63,212 nucleotides of DNA, filler included, from Octopus bimaculoides (GCF_001194135.2; 9 parts of 6 records of this genome joined end to end with filler, not necessarily neighbours in it); one strand, 5' to 3'; shown: positions 25,570 through 38,689, counted from the whole stretch's first letter. Notes: generated by a model not told the origin, from the letters alone. Made by a program: numbers and translations.

Positions 25570-25775
25570 GGCTCGTGGCTTAGAGGTAAGGTGTTGCACT
25601 AATGATCGTAAGATTGTGGTTTCGATTCCAGAACCGTTCGATGCAATGCTTTTCCGCGATACACTTTATTTCACGTTACTCCAGTCCACTCAGCTAGCTA
25701 AAAGAGTAATCCTTCGATGGACTGGCGTCTGAGGAAACCGGCCTTATGAGCCTATGATACGAGAAGGATATTTAA
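25570..25775 (+). mobile_element. SINE family D (CORE-like body) with tail type 2 (gatggactggcgtc...ggaaaccggccttatgagcc)
   Basis: tRNA-like head and acactttatttcacgttactccagtccactcagc body; the tail is shared with 62145-62445. Confidence 0.6.
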
Positions 25776-26161
25776 GACGGTGATGGGCTAGGGTCTATTG
25801 TGTGCGTCGAACAAAATGTCGCGTTCTGGATGTTTACGATCGCACCGAGGTCGTTCTCACCTTTTATCTTTTCGAAGTCGATGAAATGAACTATCCATCA
25901 AGACCTGGGGGTCAAAGTTGTCAAGTGAGACGCTCTCATGCAAATTGCTAGCCTGGGGATTAAACGAGAAACCATTATGAAAAGCTACGAGCAGGCAGAA
26001 TAGGTAGAGTTTGAGTGAAATGCTCCGTGGTATTTATTCCATTTTCTTGACCATCTGACTTCAACTTCAGACAATGTGAACTTTGCCTTTCATTCTTTGA
26101 GTGCGATAAAATAAAATGCCAGTTATGTACTGTAATTCATTAATCGTTCCGCTTATACACA

Positions 26162-26171
26162 GATAGTAGTA

Positions 26172-26210
<39 letters not shown>

Positions 26211-26239
26211 ATAGTAGTAGTAGTGGCGGCGTTGGTGAC

Positions 26240-26281
<42 letters not shown>

Positions 26282-26300
26282 TATAGTAGTAGTAGTATCG
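26162..26300. repeat. (GTA)n microsatellite next to the R4/Dong 3' end
   Basis: Direct reading of the sequence. Confidence 0.95.
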
Positions 26301-26349
26301 TTATTATTATACATACAACAGATTAGACTATTGGAAAAGAAAAAAAATC

Positions 26350-27049
26350 CTAACATCGGGCTGCAACCTTAGATGTCAAAAACACTCTTAAGTATCCTAG
26401 CTGTCCCTAATAGCACTGATTCCTGGAGCTGTACTAAATTGCGTTTTATGCCTTTTTTTCTTCTATTCATCTGTTCAAACCTTTAAGGATAGTTCCTAAT
26501 GCTCTTATAACTACTGGGATATATTTTACCCATACTTTCCATAGTCTCTGTATTTCAGTGGTCAGGTCCTGGTACTTTGCTATTTTCTCTATACCTCTCA
26601 TATTGCTTTTTTCATCATTTGGGACTGTAAAGTCAACTATCTGGAACTTTCTATTCTCTTTATCTACTACTACTAAATCAGTCCTTCTAGCTTCTATTAC
26701 TCTGTCAGTCTGAATGTTCCATATATTTCTTACTTTCTAGTACTCTGCTAGTTTCATGTTCATACCACTTATCAGTATGTTCCAATCCTAGCTTTCTACA
26801 TAACCCCCAGTGGATTACTCTCCCTAGATTGTCATGACCTTCCTTATATTCTTTCTGTGCTAGCATGCTGCATTCACTTACTATATGAGTTACGCTTTCC
26901 TCTTTTGATTTGCATAATCTACATTGAGAATCTATTTTGTTTTTGTCTATGTTAGCTTTCATCAAATAAGTCTTTAATGTTTGATCTTGTGCTGCTACTG
27001 ACAAACTTTCTTCTCCTTTTTCAGCCTTCCCTTCTGCAACTATAACCAT
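26350..27049 (-). mobile_element. 3' remnant of an R4/Dong-type non-LTR retrotransposon (CCHC knuckle plus restriction-like endonuclease)
   Basis: Minus-strand translation CRLCKSKEESVTHIVSEC...YKEGHDN...IHWGLC...WYEHE, then after a frameshift QTDRVIEARRTDLVVVDK...IVDFTVPND...EKIAKYQDL...RLW...IPVVIRALG. Confidence 0.85.
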
Positions 27050-27175
27050 GTCTCACTACTACTATTTGCTGTAACTATCTGTGGGAATCTACCATGCAAA
27101 GCTTTCTCCTACCAATGACATCTAGCTTTACTTTGTAACAGAGAGAGAAACAGACAGACAGACAGACAGACACAC

Positions 27176-27225
<50 letters not shown>

Positions 27226-27834
27226 CGAATATCACGGGGTGAATATCTTACACTCTGTTGCTGACCAGGAAGAAATTGTAGATCAGACAAATAAAATCAT
27301 GATTCATTGCTATTATATTTTGCATATTATTTGATGCAAATAATTTCAAGCCAAAAATTATAACGAAAACATATTTCATTCTTCCCATAGATTGTTAAAT
27401 TGATATTTTTTTTTAAAGGCTCACCAAAAGAAACCGATAAAATAAGCGTCAAGCTTTAAAATATGAATACTGGGGTCGATTTGTTCGACTAAACCCGTCA
27501 AGACGATGCCCCAGCATGGCCGCAGTCCAGTGAGTGAAACAAGTCAAAGACGAGATAAAAGAAAGATACTAGGTTAATTAGAACAATATTGTTCACTAAA
27601 AAACAGCATACATGATTTATAAATAGAATCGTTTTAAAATTGTGAATATTCACTGTTTTGATTTTTATTTTCTCATGCGGATTAATATTTTAACAGATTA
27701 TTTCTTATACCTGTGGTCTTCATAAGGTTAAATTGTAAAATGAATCCAAAACTCCGATCAAAACGTGAAAAATTTCTGGCACGTATACCTCATTGCTATT
27801 TTAACATTTTCGCATAAATTATTCCCCCTTATAA

Positions 27835-28070
27835 GACAGCAATTTGGCAGAGCTGTTAGCATGTCGGTGGGGTGAGCGGAGAATGCTTTACAATATTTCT
27901 TCCGGTTTAAATTCTGGGTTCAAATTGCACCGGGATCAATTTTGCTCTTCATCCCTCTGATGCTAATAAAATAAAGTTTCAGTCAAGTACTGGAGTCGAT
28001 GTAATTCACTTGCACCCCGCAGCCACTAAAATTTGTAGGCCTTATGCCAACATTAGAAAGAATTATTCCC
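27835..28070 (+). mobile_element. SINE family B, degraded
   Basis: ggcagagctgttagcatg head, ttctgggttcaaatt, and aggccttatgccaacattagaaagaattatt tail. Confidence 0.7.
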
Positions 28071-28511
28071 TGATTAACGAAAGAGGCAGCACATAGATAT
28101 TCAAAAAATACTTAACTTGTTTAATTTTCTTTATGCAATTTATGTCAGAGATGTGCCTAAGTAGTGTTTATTCACCGTATTTAATCATCTTATTTGTATA
28201 ACTATTTATTTATTTATTGTTGAAGTTATACGTGTTTGCTATATTTGCGTTCGATACTGATTCATTGTTCTCTACAACCTCGGCATTCATGAAGTATACA
28301 ACACGATTGAAGCAGACGACAGCGACAAAACCAGACGACAGCGACAAAAGCTGGCGACAGTGAGAAATAAAGGTGTGGTTTGTATGTAACAGTAACTATA
28401 TCCGTTTCGAAAAATCCCACCGGAAGTTCCTGTCATGATCATTCCAGATAAAAATACTTTCTCAGCTTGAATATTCAAGTTCAATTTCTTTCCAACATGT
28501 TTATATTGTAG

Positions 28512-28700
28512 CACGCCGGGCGAAATACTTAGCGGTATTTCATTTGTCTTTACGTTCTGAGTTCAAATTCCGCCGAGGTCGATTTTGCCTTTCATCCTTT
28601 CGGGGTCGATAAATTAAGTACTAGCTGCGTAATGGAGTCGATCTAATCGACTGGCCCCCTCCCCCAAAATTTCGGGCCTTGTGCCTAGAGTAGAAAATAA
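28512..28700 (+). mobile_element. SINE family B, well preserved
   Basis: gcacgccgggcgaaatacttagcgg...aaaatttcgggccttgtgcctagagtagaaa. Confidence 0.9.
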
Positions 28701-28849
28701 TTTGTTTACATTGTTCAAGATATCTTTTACTTGCTTCAGTCATTAGATGGGACGCCATTTTCAATAATTTTTAGTCAATTGAATCGACCGCAGTAAATAG
28801 AGAAAAGAGTATAGACCTAACTGACAAATCTTCCCTCACTAATCGTATA

Positions 28850-29224
28850 TCTTTTATTCTTTACTTTGTTTCATTCATTGGACTGTAGCCATAGTGGGAC
28901 ATTGCATTCAAGGCTTCAGTCAAAGAAATCGGCCACAGTGCTTATTGTTTTTTTTTTCTTTCGTAAGCCTGAAACTTATATCGGTCTCTTAGTTACAGAG
29001 ACGTAAATGCTCCAACACCAGTTGTTAAGCGAAGGTGAGAGACAATGACAGATACAAAGACATACACATGTAGATATATATACATATATACGACAGGCTT
29101 GTTTCAATTTCCGTCTACTGTCTTTGGCCGGCCCGAGGCTATTGGAGAAAACACTTGCCCAAGGTGACACACAGTGGGATTGAACCCGGAAGCAAGCTTC
29201 TTACCACACAGCCACGCCTGCGCC
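28850..29224 (-). mobile_element. SINE family A subfamily copy
   Basis: Tail, microsatellite and 5' half ending in gccacgcctgcgcc. Confidence 0.8.
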
Positions 29225-29466
29225 TATATATGCATTTACACGCACACACGCACACATACATACACATATACACACATATCTTTATATGCATACACACACA
29301 ACACACACATATAATTGTATGCTTTGGTGAAATACATATTACCAGAATAATTTGACTTAAGGTCCGGTTAACTATTCCATTCCTACATCTTTGTTCTGGG
29401 TGCGTATATATATATGTGTGTATGTGTGTTTATGTATGTATGTATGTATTTATGTATGTATATGCA

Positions 29467-29775
29467 CGGCTTAACTGCTAGTGTATTCGGCTCTCAATTG
29501 TAAGGGCGTGAGTTTCATTGCCGACGGCACATTGTGTCCTTGAGCAAGACACTTTATTTCTCGTCGCTTTATTGCACTCAACTAGTAGACATGTAGATGT
29601 AATTCAAAAGGCCGTCCTTGTTACATTGTATGTCACGCTGAATCTCCCTGAGAACTAAGTTGAGGGCCCGCGTGTCTGTGAAGTGCTCAACCAATTGCAC
29701 TTTAATTTCACGAACAGGCTGTTCCGTAGGACAGATCAACTAAAATACTCGCCGTCGTAACCGACGGAGGGCCGA
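29467..29775 (+). mobile_element. SINE family D (CORE-like body) with tail type 1 (gtcacgctgaat...cgtcgtaaccgacggag)
   Basis: ttgtgtccttgagcaagacactttatttc body; the tail is shared with 43439-43810 and 55317-55673. Confidence 0.7.
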
Positions 29776-29925
29776 TCTTGTTTGTATGCATGTATCTATG
29801 TATGTACGTGTGTATGTATGCATGCAGATAATTATACATCAATGTTTAATATCGTTAAAACCCCTGCGAGAATCCAGAACATTTTATATATATATATTTT
29901 TTTTTTTTTTACTTTGCTGTAATAG

Positions 29926-29987
29926 ATTTCAGAAATAGAAATTCAGATCAATTGTATTCAGATGAAGAGAGCGAATTTACCTATAAC
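29926..29987 (+). CDS. Candidate small exon (D)FRNRNSDQLYSDEESEFTYN
   Basis: Long T tract plus gctgtaatAG acceptor, an open frame, and a weak GTTTGC donor. Phase-compatible with candidate 30514-30542 (IFSSSDGLN, donor GTATGC). Confidence 0.25.
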
Positions 29988-30602
29988 GTTTGCTTTTTCC
30001 TTTTTTTTATTTATTTTTTTATGTCTGACGTACAATAATCACATGTATTCCTCTATTGAATGTTTATATACACTAAATCGTGTCACTTATAACCACTTCT
30101 AGCCTTGGATCCTACGGTATTCTTTATGCTTCAATAGTTTCATTACTATTTTTCAACACTGTGATCTTGGTTGGATATAGGACAGACTAGACGCACAGAC
30201 TAGGTCAAGTACCATACGTGCGTATATGTAAATGTGCGTGAGCATATGTATGTATGTCATTATTCAGCTTTATTTCAAGATTTCTTGCCAATAGAGTAAG
30301 ACCTGGTTTCTAACCTAGTTCCAAGGCTACTTCACTGGAATTTCCAACATCAACAACATGGTATGTATGTATGTATGTATGTATGTATGTGTGTATGTAT
30401 GTATACGTGCAGATTTGTATGTTTTCTTTTATGTATGTCTTCTCATGCATACACTTGCATATCTAGACATGCTCATATATACTTAAATGATAGACTACTG
30501 GAATGCTTTACAGATTTTTAGTTCCAGTGATGGACTGAATATGTATGCATGTATGTATGTATGTATGTATGTATGTATGTATGTATGTATGCACAAACAG
30601 AC

Positions 30603-30636
<34 letters not shown>

Positions 30637-31454
30637 GACATGAATTGAAAAATCTTTGCGCTCACAAATTCTTCGACAAAGCGGAACGTGCAAACAGAAT
30701 GAGATTTTGTATATAAGGATAGAATGAAAGATAATCTTCGTATATGAGTTGTTTTTGTGTTAAACACGTTTCGCCCTGTTTAATAATGTAAGCATGTATT
30801 CACCGCTCAAACCTATGATAACCAACACATACACACACATGTATATGTATTTGTGTGTGTGAGTGTTTGTTTGTGTGTGAGTCATTATACGCATATATAA
30901 ATGATAGCTGATGCATAGGCTTCTAATAATTAGCTAATCTTATTAGAGTATCATTTAGGTATACATGGAAGAATTTCTGGAAACGCAGTCCTCGGCAAAA
31001 TACTTGATTTATTTTCAAACACATTTTACATTCTTAAAGATATTTTTTTTTAAACCTCTCGTTCCTTGTTATAAATTGATGACTGTAACCAATGGCAATG
31101 GCAATGGTCCTTTGAAATTTCAAAAAAGGGTCTCATGTTTTCACATTTTTTAATTTTCTACTTGTTTCAGTCATTAGATTGCAGCCATGCTGGGGCCGCA
31201 TTCTAATGAAGGCTTTCTCGTACAGTTTTTTTCTAAACCTGGTACTTATTTTATTCGCATCTTTCTGCCGAACTGCTAACTTACGGGAACCTAAACAAAC
31301 TAACACCGGTTGTCATGTGGTAGTAGAAAATAAGCAGAAATGCATACACGCACATATACAGTCATGCCCAAGCGCAAACACCCACACACACACACACTCA
31401 CATACATACATACACACACGCGCGCGCTCAAATTCACACACACACGCACGCACA

Positions 31455-31497
<43 letters not shown>

Positions 31498-32514
31498 NNN
31501 NNNNNNNNNNNNNNNNNNNNNNNNNNNNNNNNNNNNNNNNNNNNNNNNNNNNNNNNNNNNNNNNNNNNNNNNNNNNNNNNNNNNNNNNNNNNNNNNNNNN
31601 NNNNNNNNNNNNNNNNNNNNNNNNNNNNNNNNNNNNNNNNNNNNNNNNNNNNNNNNNNNNNNNNNNNNNNNNNNNNNNNNNNNNNNNNNNNNNNNNNNNN
31701 NNNNNNNNNNNNNNNNNNNNNNNNNNNNNNNNNNNNNNNNNNNNNNNNNNNNNNNNNNNNNNNNNNNNNNNNNNNNNNNNNNNNNNNNNNNNNNNNNNNN
31801 NNNNNNNNNNNNNNNNNNNNNNNNNNNNNNNNNNNNNNNNNNNNNNNNNNNNNNNNNNNNNNNNNNNNNNNNNNNNNNNNNNNNNNNNNNNNNNNNNNNN
31901 NNNNNNNNNNNNNGTGGTTATCTTGAAAAACTATCAAATTGCTGATAGTTAATAAAGACCAATAAAATTCATAATTTCTTTTGAAATTGTGTTTTGTCTG
32001 AAACGGTTGATTTTATAGAAGATATGAAGTCCACATACACATCAGGCGTGGTTAGGAATCTTCCTTTCTAACAATATGGTGTTGGGTTCAATCCCACAGC
32101 GTGACACCTTGCGCAGCTGTCTTCTAGTATAGCTCCAGGCCGACTATGCCCTTGTGAGTAGGTTTGGTAGGCCGAAATTGAAAGCCCTTTGTGTATATAC
32201 AAATGTGTGTGTGTGTGTGCGAGAAAGAGAGAGTGTGTGTGTGTGTGTGTGTGTGNNNNNNNNNNNNNNNNNNNNNNNNNNNNNNNNNNNNNNNNNNNNT
32301 TAATTAATTAANNNNNNNNNNNNNNNNNNNNNNNNNNNNNNNNNNNNNNNNNNNNGTTCTCTATGTGGCCTGTGTGTTTTCTGTACTCCGTTTATTATAT
32401 TTTGTCTACGTTTTGTTTGCAACGTCCTGTACCCAGATATGCATCTATATATACAGGTAGATGTAGGTATGTACATACACGTACATATATATGCATATAC
32501 TCATTTATTATTTG

Positions 32515-32551
<37 letters not shown>

Positions 32552-32557
32552 AATATA

Positions 32558-33389
32558 CATGGCCTGATCAATAAGTATCCGGACTGTTGCCATAGTAACA
32601 AGGCTAAAGGATGCAGAGTGAAGCTGTTTGGCACAGATTGACCTTGAAATCTGCTGTGCATGCACACTAAGTTTTAATGTTCTAGCTCACTTCCACTGTT
32701 TACAGCAGTGCTTGGAAGGAAGGTGTACAGCATGTGATCATTGCATTGGCTATGATAGAGAAAGTTGTGATCGCGATACCTGCTCAGAGGCCTACCCAAA
32801 GTTGCAGAAAGTGTATAGAGAGGAGTGTGTGAATCGCACACAAGTGTCCGAGTGGTTCAGATGTTTCGAAGATGGCTGCAAAAATGTTGATACTGACAAA
32901 CATTCTGGGAGACGTATAACCAGCAGAACTAAGAAAAACATCACAGATGTGCATGCAGCTGTGAGGGGAAATCACTGAATCACCATCCATGAGTTATCAG
33001 AGGATGTGCAGATTAGTTATGGTTGAGTTCAGTTCATTATCAGTGAAGGTTTGGGTATGAGACGCATATCTGCCAAGTTTGTGCCAAAACTCAAAAAGAC
33101 ATTTGAATTTCAGTTGCACAAGATCTCTTTGATTGTGTTGAGGACGATGAAAGCATTTTGAAAACTCTGCAGGTATCGCCAAGCTTTCGGCAAAATTTGA
33201 TGCAGGTTCTTTGTTCAACTTTCTCAGTCATGGTCAATATGATGATCACATGCTACACACCTTCCTTCCAAGTACTGCTGTAAACAGTAAAAGTGAACTA
33301 GAATATTAAAACTTAGTGCACATTAAAATTCTGCATGCTTTAGTTTCATTACTATGGCAACAGTCCAGATACTTAGTGTTCAGACCACA
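32558..33389 (+). mobile_element. Internally deleted mariner element with long (about 160-200 bp) inverted ends and the N-terminal part of the transposase
   Basis: TA|CATGGCCTGATCAATAAGTATCCGGACTGTTGCCATAGTAA is inverted at 33340-33389. Translation TCSEAYPKLQKVYREECVNRTQVSEWFRCFEDG...HSGR...ITIHELSEDVQISYG...LGMRRISAKFVPKL matches the mariner HTH region and linker. Confidence 0.85.
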
Positions 33390-33420
33390 CACACAAACAT
33401 ACTCACACACACACACACAC

Positions 33421-33464
<44 letters not shown>

Positions 33465-35374
33465 NNNNNNNNNNNNNNNNNNNNNNNNNNNNNNNNNNNN
33501 NNNNNNNNNNNNNNNNNNNNNNNNNNNNNNNNNNNNNNNNNNNNNNNNNNNNNNNNNNNNNNNNNNNNNNNNNNNNNNNNNNNNNNNNNNNNNNNNNNNN
33601 NNNNNNNNNNNNNNNNNNNNNNNNNNNNNNNNNNNNNNNNNNNNNNNNNNNNNNNNNNNNNNNNNNNNNNNNNNNNNNNNNNNNNNNNNNNNNNNNNNNN
33701 NNNNNNNNNNNNNNNNNNNNNNNNNNNNNNNNNNNNNNNNNNNNNNNNNNNNNNNNNNNNNNNNNNNNNNNNNNNNNNNNNNNNNNNNNNNNNNNNNNNN
33801 NNNNNNNNNNNNNNNNNNNNNNNNNNNNNNNNNNNNNNNNNNNNNNNNNNNNNNNNNNNNNNNNNNNNNNNNNNNNNNNNNNNNNNNNNNNNNNNNNNNN
33901 NNNNNNNNNNNNNNNNNNNNNNNNNNNNNNNNNNNNNNNNNNNNNNNNNNNNNNNNNNNNNNNNNNNNNNNNNNNNNNNNNNNNNNNNNNNNNNNNNNNN
34001 NNNNNNNNNNNNNNNNNNNNNNNNNNNNNNNNNNNNNNNNNNNNNNNNNNNNNNNNNNNNNNNNNNNNNNNNNNNNNNNNNNNNNNNNNNNNNNNNNNNN
34101 NNNNNNNNNNNNNNNNNNNNNNNNNNNNNNNNNNNNNNNNNNNNNNNNNNNNNNNNNNNNNNNNNNNNNNNNNNNNNNNNNNNNNNNNNNNNNNNNNNNN
34201 NNNNNNNNNNNNNNNNNNNNNNNNNNNNNNNNNNNNNNNNNNNNNNNNNNNNNNNNNNNNNNNNNNNNNNNNNNNNNNNNNNNNNNNNNNNNNNNNNNNN
34301 NNNNNNNNNNNNNNNNNATATATATATATATATATGATGGACTTCTTTCAGTTTCCGTCTATCATATCCACTCACAAGGCTTTAGTCAGTGCAAGACTAT
34401 AGTAGAAGACATTTCCCCAATGAAGACTGAACCCAGAACCTTGTGGTTGGGAAGCAAGCTTCTTACCACACAGCCATGCCTGCACCTGTATATATATATT
34501 GTGATATTGTGTTATGCTGTGAAGCAACGCATGGTACCAGAATTTTCAACTTGAGTCAAATACAACAAACTACTCTACATCATTGTTAGAGTGTCTGTGT
34601 AAGTGAAGTCTAGGCTGGCTATTTTGTCTTAGCATTGAGTCATTTAAGTTGTAATAATGAAGTCAAACCAAATATTGGTATTTTGAAATCATTTAGTATG
34701 CAAGTTTCAGGTTTGTATAATATGTAATACGACATGCCTCTATTACACAAGACCTTCCTCAGTTAAAATATTTCAATATATGTCTTGCATAACGGACGTA
34801 TTTCCTATTATATATTAAGCACATACTTGAAACTTACATATTAAATGATTTCAAAATATCTTGTTTCCACAGAGAGAACCTCATTGAAAGCTATCTCAGT
34901 GAAATTCTAACAAAGGATGTAGTTTAATGTTGTGGAAAGGCTGAAATAATTTGTCTTACATTATTACAATTTATATATATTCACACAAACACACATACAT
35001 GCATGCATTGACATACATAGATACATACATACATATGTACGTATACACATACATATAAACATACATATGTACATATACACATACATACATACATACATAC
35101 ATACATGCATACATACAAACACACAAACAGACAGGCACCAAGGAAGGTAAGCAGGCAAACAGACAGACTGACAGGCAGGCAGGAAGGCAGACAGACAAAA
35201 AGACAGACAGATATCCATATCTGTCACTTCCTTCACAATCAGGTATGATCTGATAGCATATACAGTGCTTTTAATAATTGTTTTAAGGTGCCTATGTAGC
35301 TGCATGCAGATATACACATCTCCTTGAACCAGCAGAGATTCAAGGGTGTGACAGCTGAAGGGAGAAAGAGAGAG

Positions 35375-35423
<49 letters not shown>

Positions 35424-35567
35424 ATTGCACCAGTACTCAACTATTACTTATTTTCAGCTGAGGGCTTTTGAGTAATGTGAGATGAAGTACCTTACTCAAG
35501 TCCACAACATGCCTTTTGTTCCAGACATCAAATCCATAAATTTATGGTAGCAAACCTATCATCTTGT

Positions 35568-35615
35568 TAGGGTTAGGGTTAGATGGTTAGGGTTAGGATT
35601 AGGATTAGGGTTAGA
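35568..35615 (+). repeat. Short interstitial (TTAGGG)n-like tract
   Basis: ttagggttagggttagatggttagggttaggattaggattagggttaga. Confidence 0.8.
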
Positions 35616-35844
35616 TGCACACATTCATGCAGACATACACACACTTATAAAACATACACGCACACACATACACTCACACTCACAGGCAGACACACATGGA
35701 TCTGGGATTCAGTATTTGCTATATAACTTATAAAAGTTTATAGTTTTCAAAGTTTAGAATCTTATTATAGAAAGCACATTACACATAAAGAAAATTAAGG
35801 TTGTAAAAGTTCTTCATACCAGCCCCTATAACTATGTATCTATG

Positions 35845-35928
35845 ACTTTGGGCAAGTGTCTTCTACTATAGCCTCCGGCCAACCAAAGCCTTGTGAGTGG
35901 ATTTGGTAGGCGGAAACTGAAAGAAGCT

Positions 35929-35964
<36 letters not shown>

Positions 35965-36176
35965 GTGTGTGTGTGTGTGTGNNNNNNNNNNCCCCCCACA
36001 TCATCGCTTGTTGGTGTGTTTACATCCCCGTAGCTTAGCGGTTTGTCAAAAACGACTTATACAATAAGTACTAGGCTTACAAAGAATAAGTCCTGGGGTC
36101 AATTTGTTCGACTAAAAGTGGTGCTCCAGCATGGCCACAATCAAACGACTGAAACATATAAAAGAACAAAAGAATA
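35845..36176 (+). mobile_element. 5'-truncated SINE family A
   Basis: CORE-like segment, microsatellite and full tail. Confidence 0.85.
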
Positions 36177-36270
36177 ATAGTTTGAAAGTAGTCCTGGTTT
36201 GAACCACAGAAACTATGGCATGCCTAAAGAGCACATACACATACACACAAACACATACCTATGCATATAT

Positions 36271-36307
<37 letters not shown>

Positions 36308-36630
36308 CACACACAGTCCACAGATGAGATCCAGAGATTCTCAGTATAGAAGATATTTAGTAGTGCTCTTTACTGAGTATTGATTCTGCACAGTAAAAGA
36401 TGGCTGTAAGAGAGATCAAGTTGAGCAGATATAGAGGCAATTATGCAGATAAACAAATCAGATACATTAATTATACTAAATATATTAAATATTTTAAATA
36501 TAATAGTTTGGGTATGAAATACAAAACATGCGAAATGAGAGACAGCAAAAAGTGGAGACATTCAGGTGATGAATTTTTAAGTATAGGTCCAACTTACACA
36601 GAGTACAAATGACAGAGAAAATTAATTATG

Positions 36631-36677
<47 letters not shown>

Positions 36678-36901
36678 NNNNNNNNNNNNNNNNNNNNNNN
36701 NNNNNNNNNNNNNNNNNNNNNTTAATTAATTAANNNNNNNNNNNNNNNNNNNNNNNNNNNNNNNNNNNNNNNNNNNNAAATCGTCCAACCCATGCTAGCA
36801 TGGAAAGCGGACGTTAAACGATGATGATGATGATGATGATATATAATAATAATTCTATCCGAATTATTATTAATTAGGATAAAATAAATACATATAATTA
36901 A

Positions 36902-36941
<40 letters not shown>

Positions 36942-37970
36942 GGAATCTAATGCTCTTAGCTTAGTTTTTCCTTGGGGCTGGCCAGATTGGAGCAATCTCG
37001 AGTATAACCAGCCGAAATTGCAAAGATAATCTGGAACTTGACTGAGGATAGAAAACTCTGAATAACCCGTCCTTGTTTTCTTTGTATCACCTGACTGTCT
37101 GCATGTTTTGTTGTCTCATTTTTGTATCACCTGTCTGTCTGGATATTTTGCGTTCTTGTTCCATTTTTGTATTTTTTATATATAAAAAAATATAGCAGCA
37201 TACGTACAATTTGGTCTCTTATATATAAGTGTATATATATCTAAATTTTGTACGACTCTATTATTCTTTCTATTCTTTCATTCGTTCTTTCCTTCTATCA
37301 GCCCTTTCACACTTACTTCATTCATTCCACTCTTTGTTCTTTCGTTCCCCCTCTCTCACATTTCCTGGCCTTCTCTTCATGCTCACTTTCCCTCCTCTTT
37401 AATTTCACTCTGTCCCTTTCATTCTTTTCTCGCTCCTCCTTAATTCTTCTATCCCTCTGCCTCTACCTCTCTCTCTTCTCTCCCCACATGACCAGTGTTC
37501 AGCCAAGGCTGACCTTTCTTTGTTGGTTCAACTACCATCCGTGCAACATCTATCAAATCTTATGCGCTTATCAAATCTTATGTCTCTGCTGTAAGGCTTC
37601 ACTTCCACACATACCAGCTTAATTTAATTTGTCCTTAGTCAAAAGACACCTGTTGTTAATGTCCTGTTATTTGCATTTGTATTTGTGTAACATTTCTCCG
37701 TTTTTTTTCCGTCCTTGTTTCCGTATACATTTGCTGCTTTCTTCCAAGGAATCTAATGCTCTTAGCTTAGTTTTTCCTTGGGGCTGGCCAGATTGAAGCA
37801 ATCTCGAGTATAACCAGCCGAAATTGAAAAGATAATCTGGAACTCGACTGAGAAAAGAAAACTCTGAATGAATCGTCCTTGTTTTCTTTGTATCGTCTGT
37901 CTGGATGTTTTGTTGTCCCCTTTTTTGTATTTTCTATATATAAAAATATAGCGGCGTATGTACACTTTGG

Positions 37971-37975
<5 letters not shown>
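36942..37975 (+). repeat. Direct repeat of about 230-280 bp (36942-37219 and 37748-37975, offset 806 bp) around a pyrimidine-rich core; possibly a Penelope-type pLTR structure
   Basis: ggaatctaatgctcttagcttagtttttccttggggctggccagatt...ttggtctct occurs twice, nearly identical. Confidence 0.8.
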
Positions 37976-38034
<59 letters not shown>

Positions 38035-38045
38035 NNNNNNNNNNC

Positions 38046-38076
<31 letters not shown>

Positions 38077-38164
38077 CTATACACACACATACACGGACAC
38101 GCACGCACACACACACACACACACATATATACATACACACACACACATATATGCATGCATATAC

Positions 38165-38380
38165 ATATATCATCATCATCATTTAATGTTTGCCTTTCAT
38201 GCAGACATGGGCTGGATCTTTTGGCAGGAGCCTGCCAGGTAGAAGACTACCCCAGGCTACTGTGTCTGTTTTGGCAGGGTTTTTACAGCTGGATGCCCTT
38301 CCTAACATCAACTACTCTACAGAGTGGACTGAATGCCTTTTATGTCGCACCAGCACAGGCGATGAACTTCCACACAGTTT
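38165..38380 (-). mobile_element. SINE family E ((GAT)n tail, aggaagggcatccagctgtagaaa motif)
   Basis: Reverse complement of the motif at 38995-39020; further copies at 36778-36840, 42123-42302, 44725-44830, 52585-52680 and 53744-53895. Confidence 0.75.
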
Positions 38381-38689
38381 CCATCTACCAAATTCACTCA
38401 CAATTCCTTTGGTTAGCCCAGGGCTATAGTAGAAAACTCTTGTACAATGTGCCATGCGGTGGGACTGAACCTAATACCAAATGGTTGCCAAATGAGTTTC
38501 TTAACCACACAACCATGCCGGTGTGCAAAAAAATAAATAAAAAAATAATTAAAAAAATACTCTGTATATGTAAGTGTGTTTTTAACACACAAGGCAAACA
38601 CTTCTCTGGAGTATATATAGGGCTTCTTTCAGTTTCCGTCAACCAAATTCACTTACAAAGTTTTAGTCTGCCCAGGGCTAGGACCTGTT

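Noticed and set aside
37040-37082. CTGAGGA...GAAT as a canonical hammerhead core
   Set aside because: GAAA is absent, stem I cannot pair, and the second copy reads CTGAGAA.
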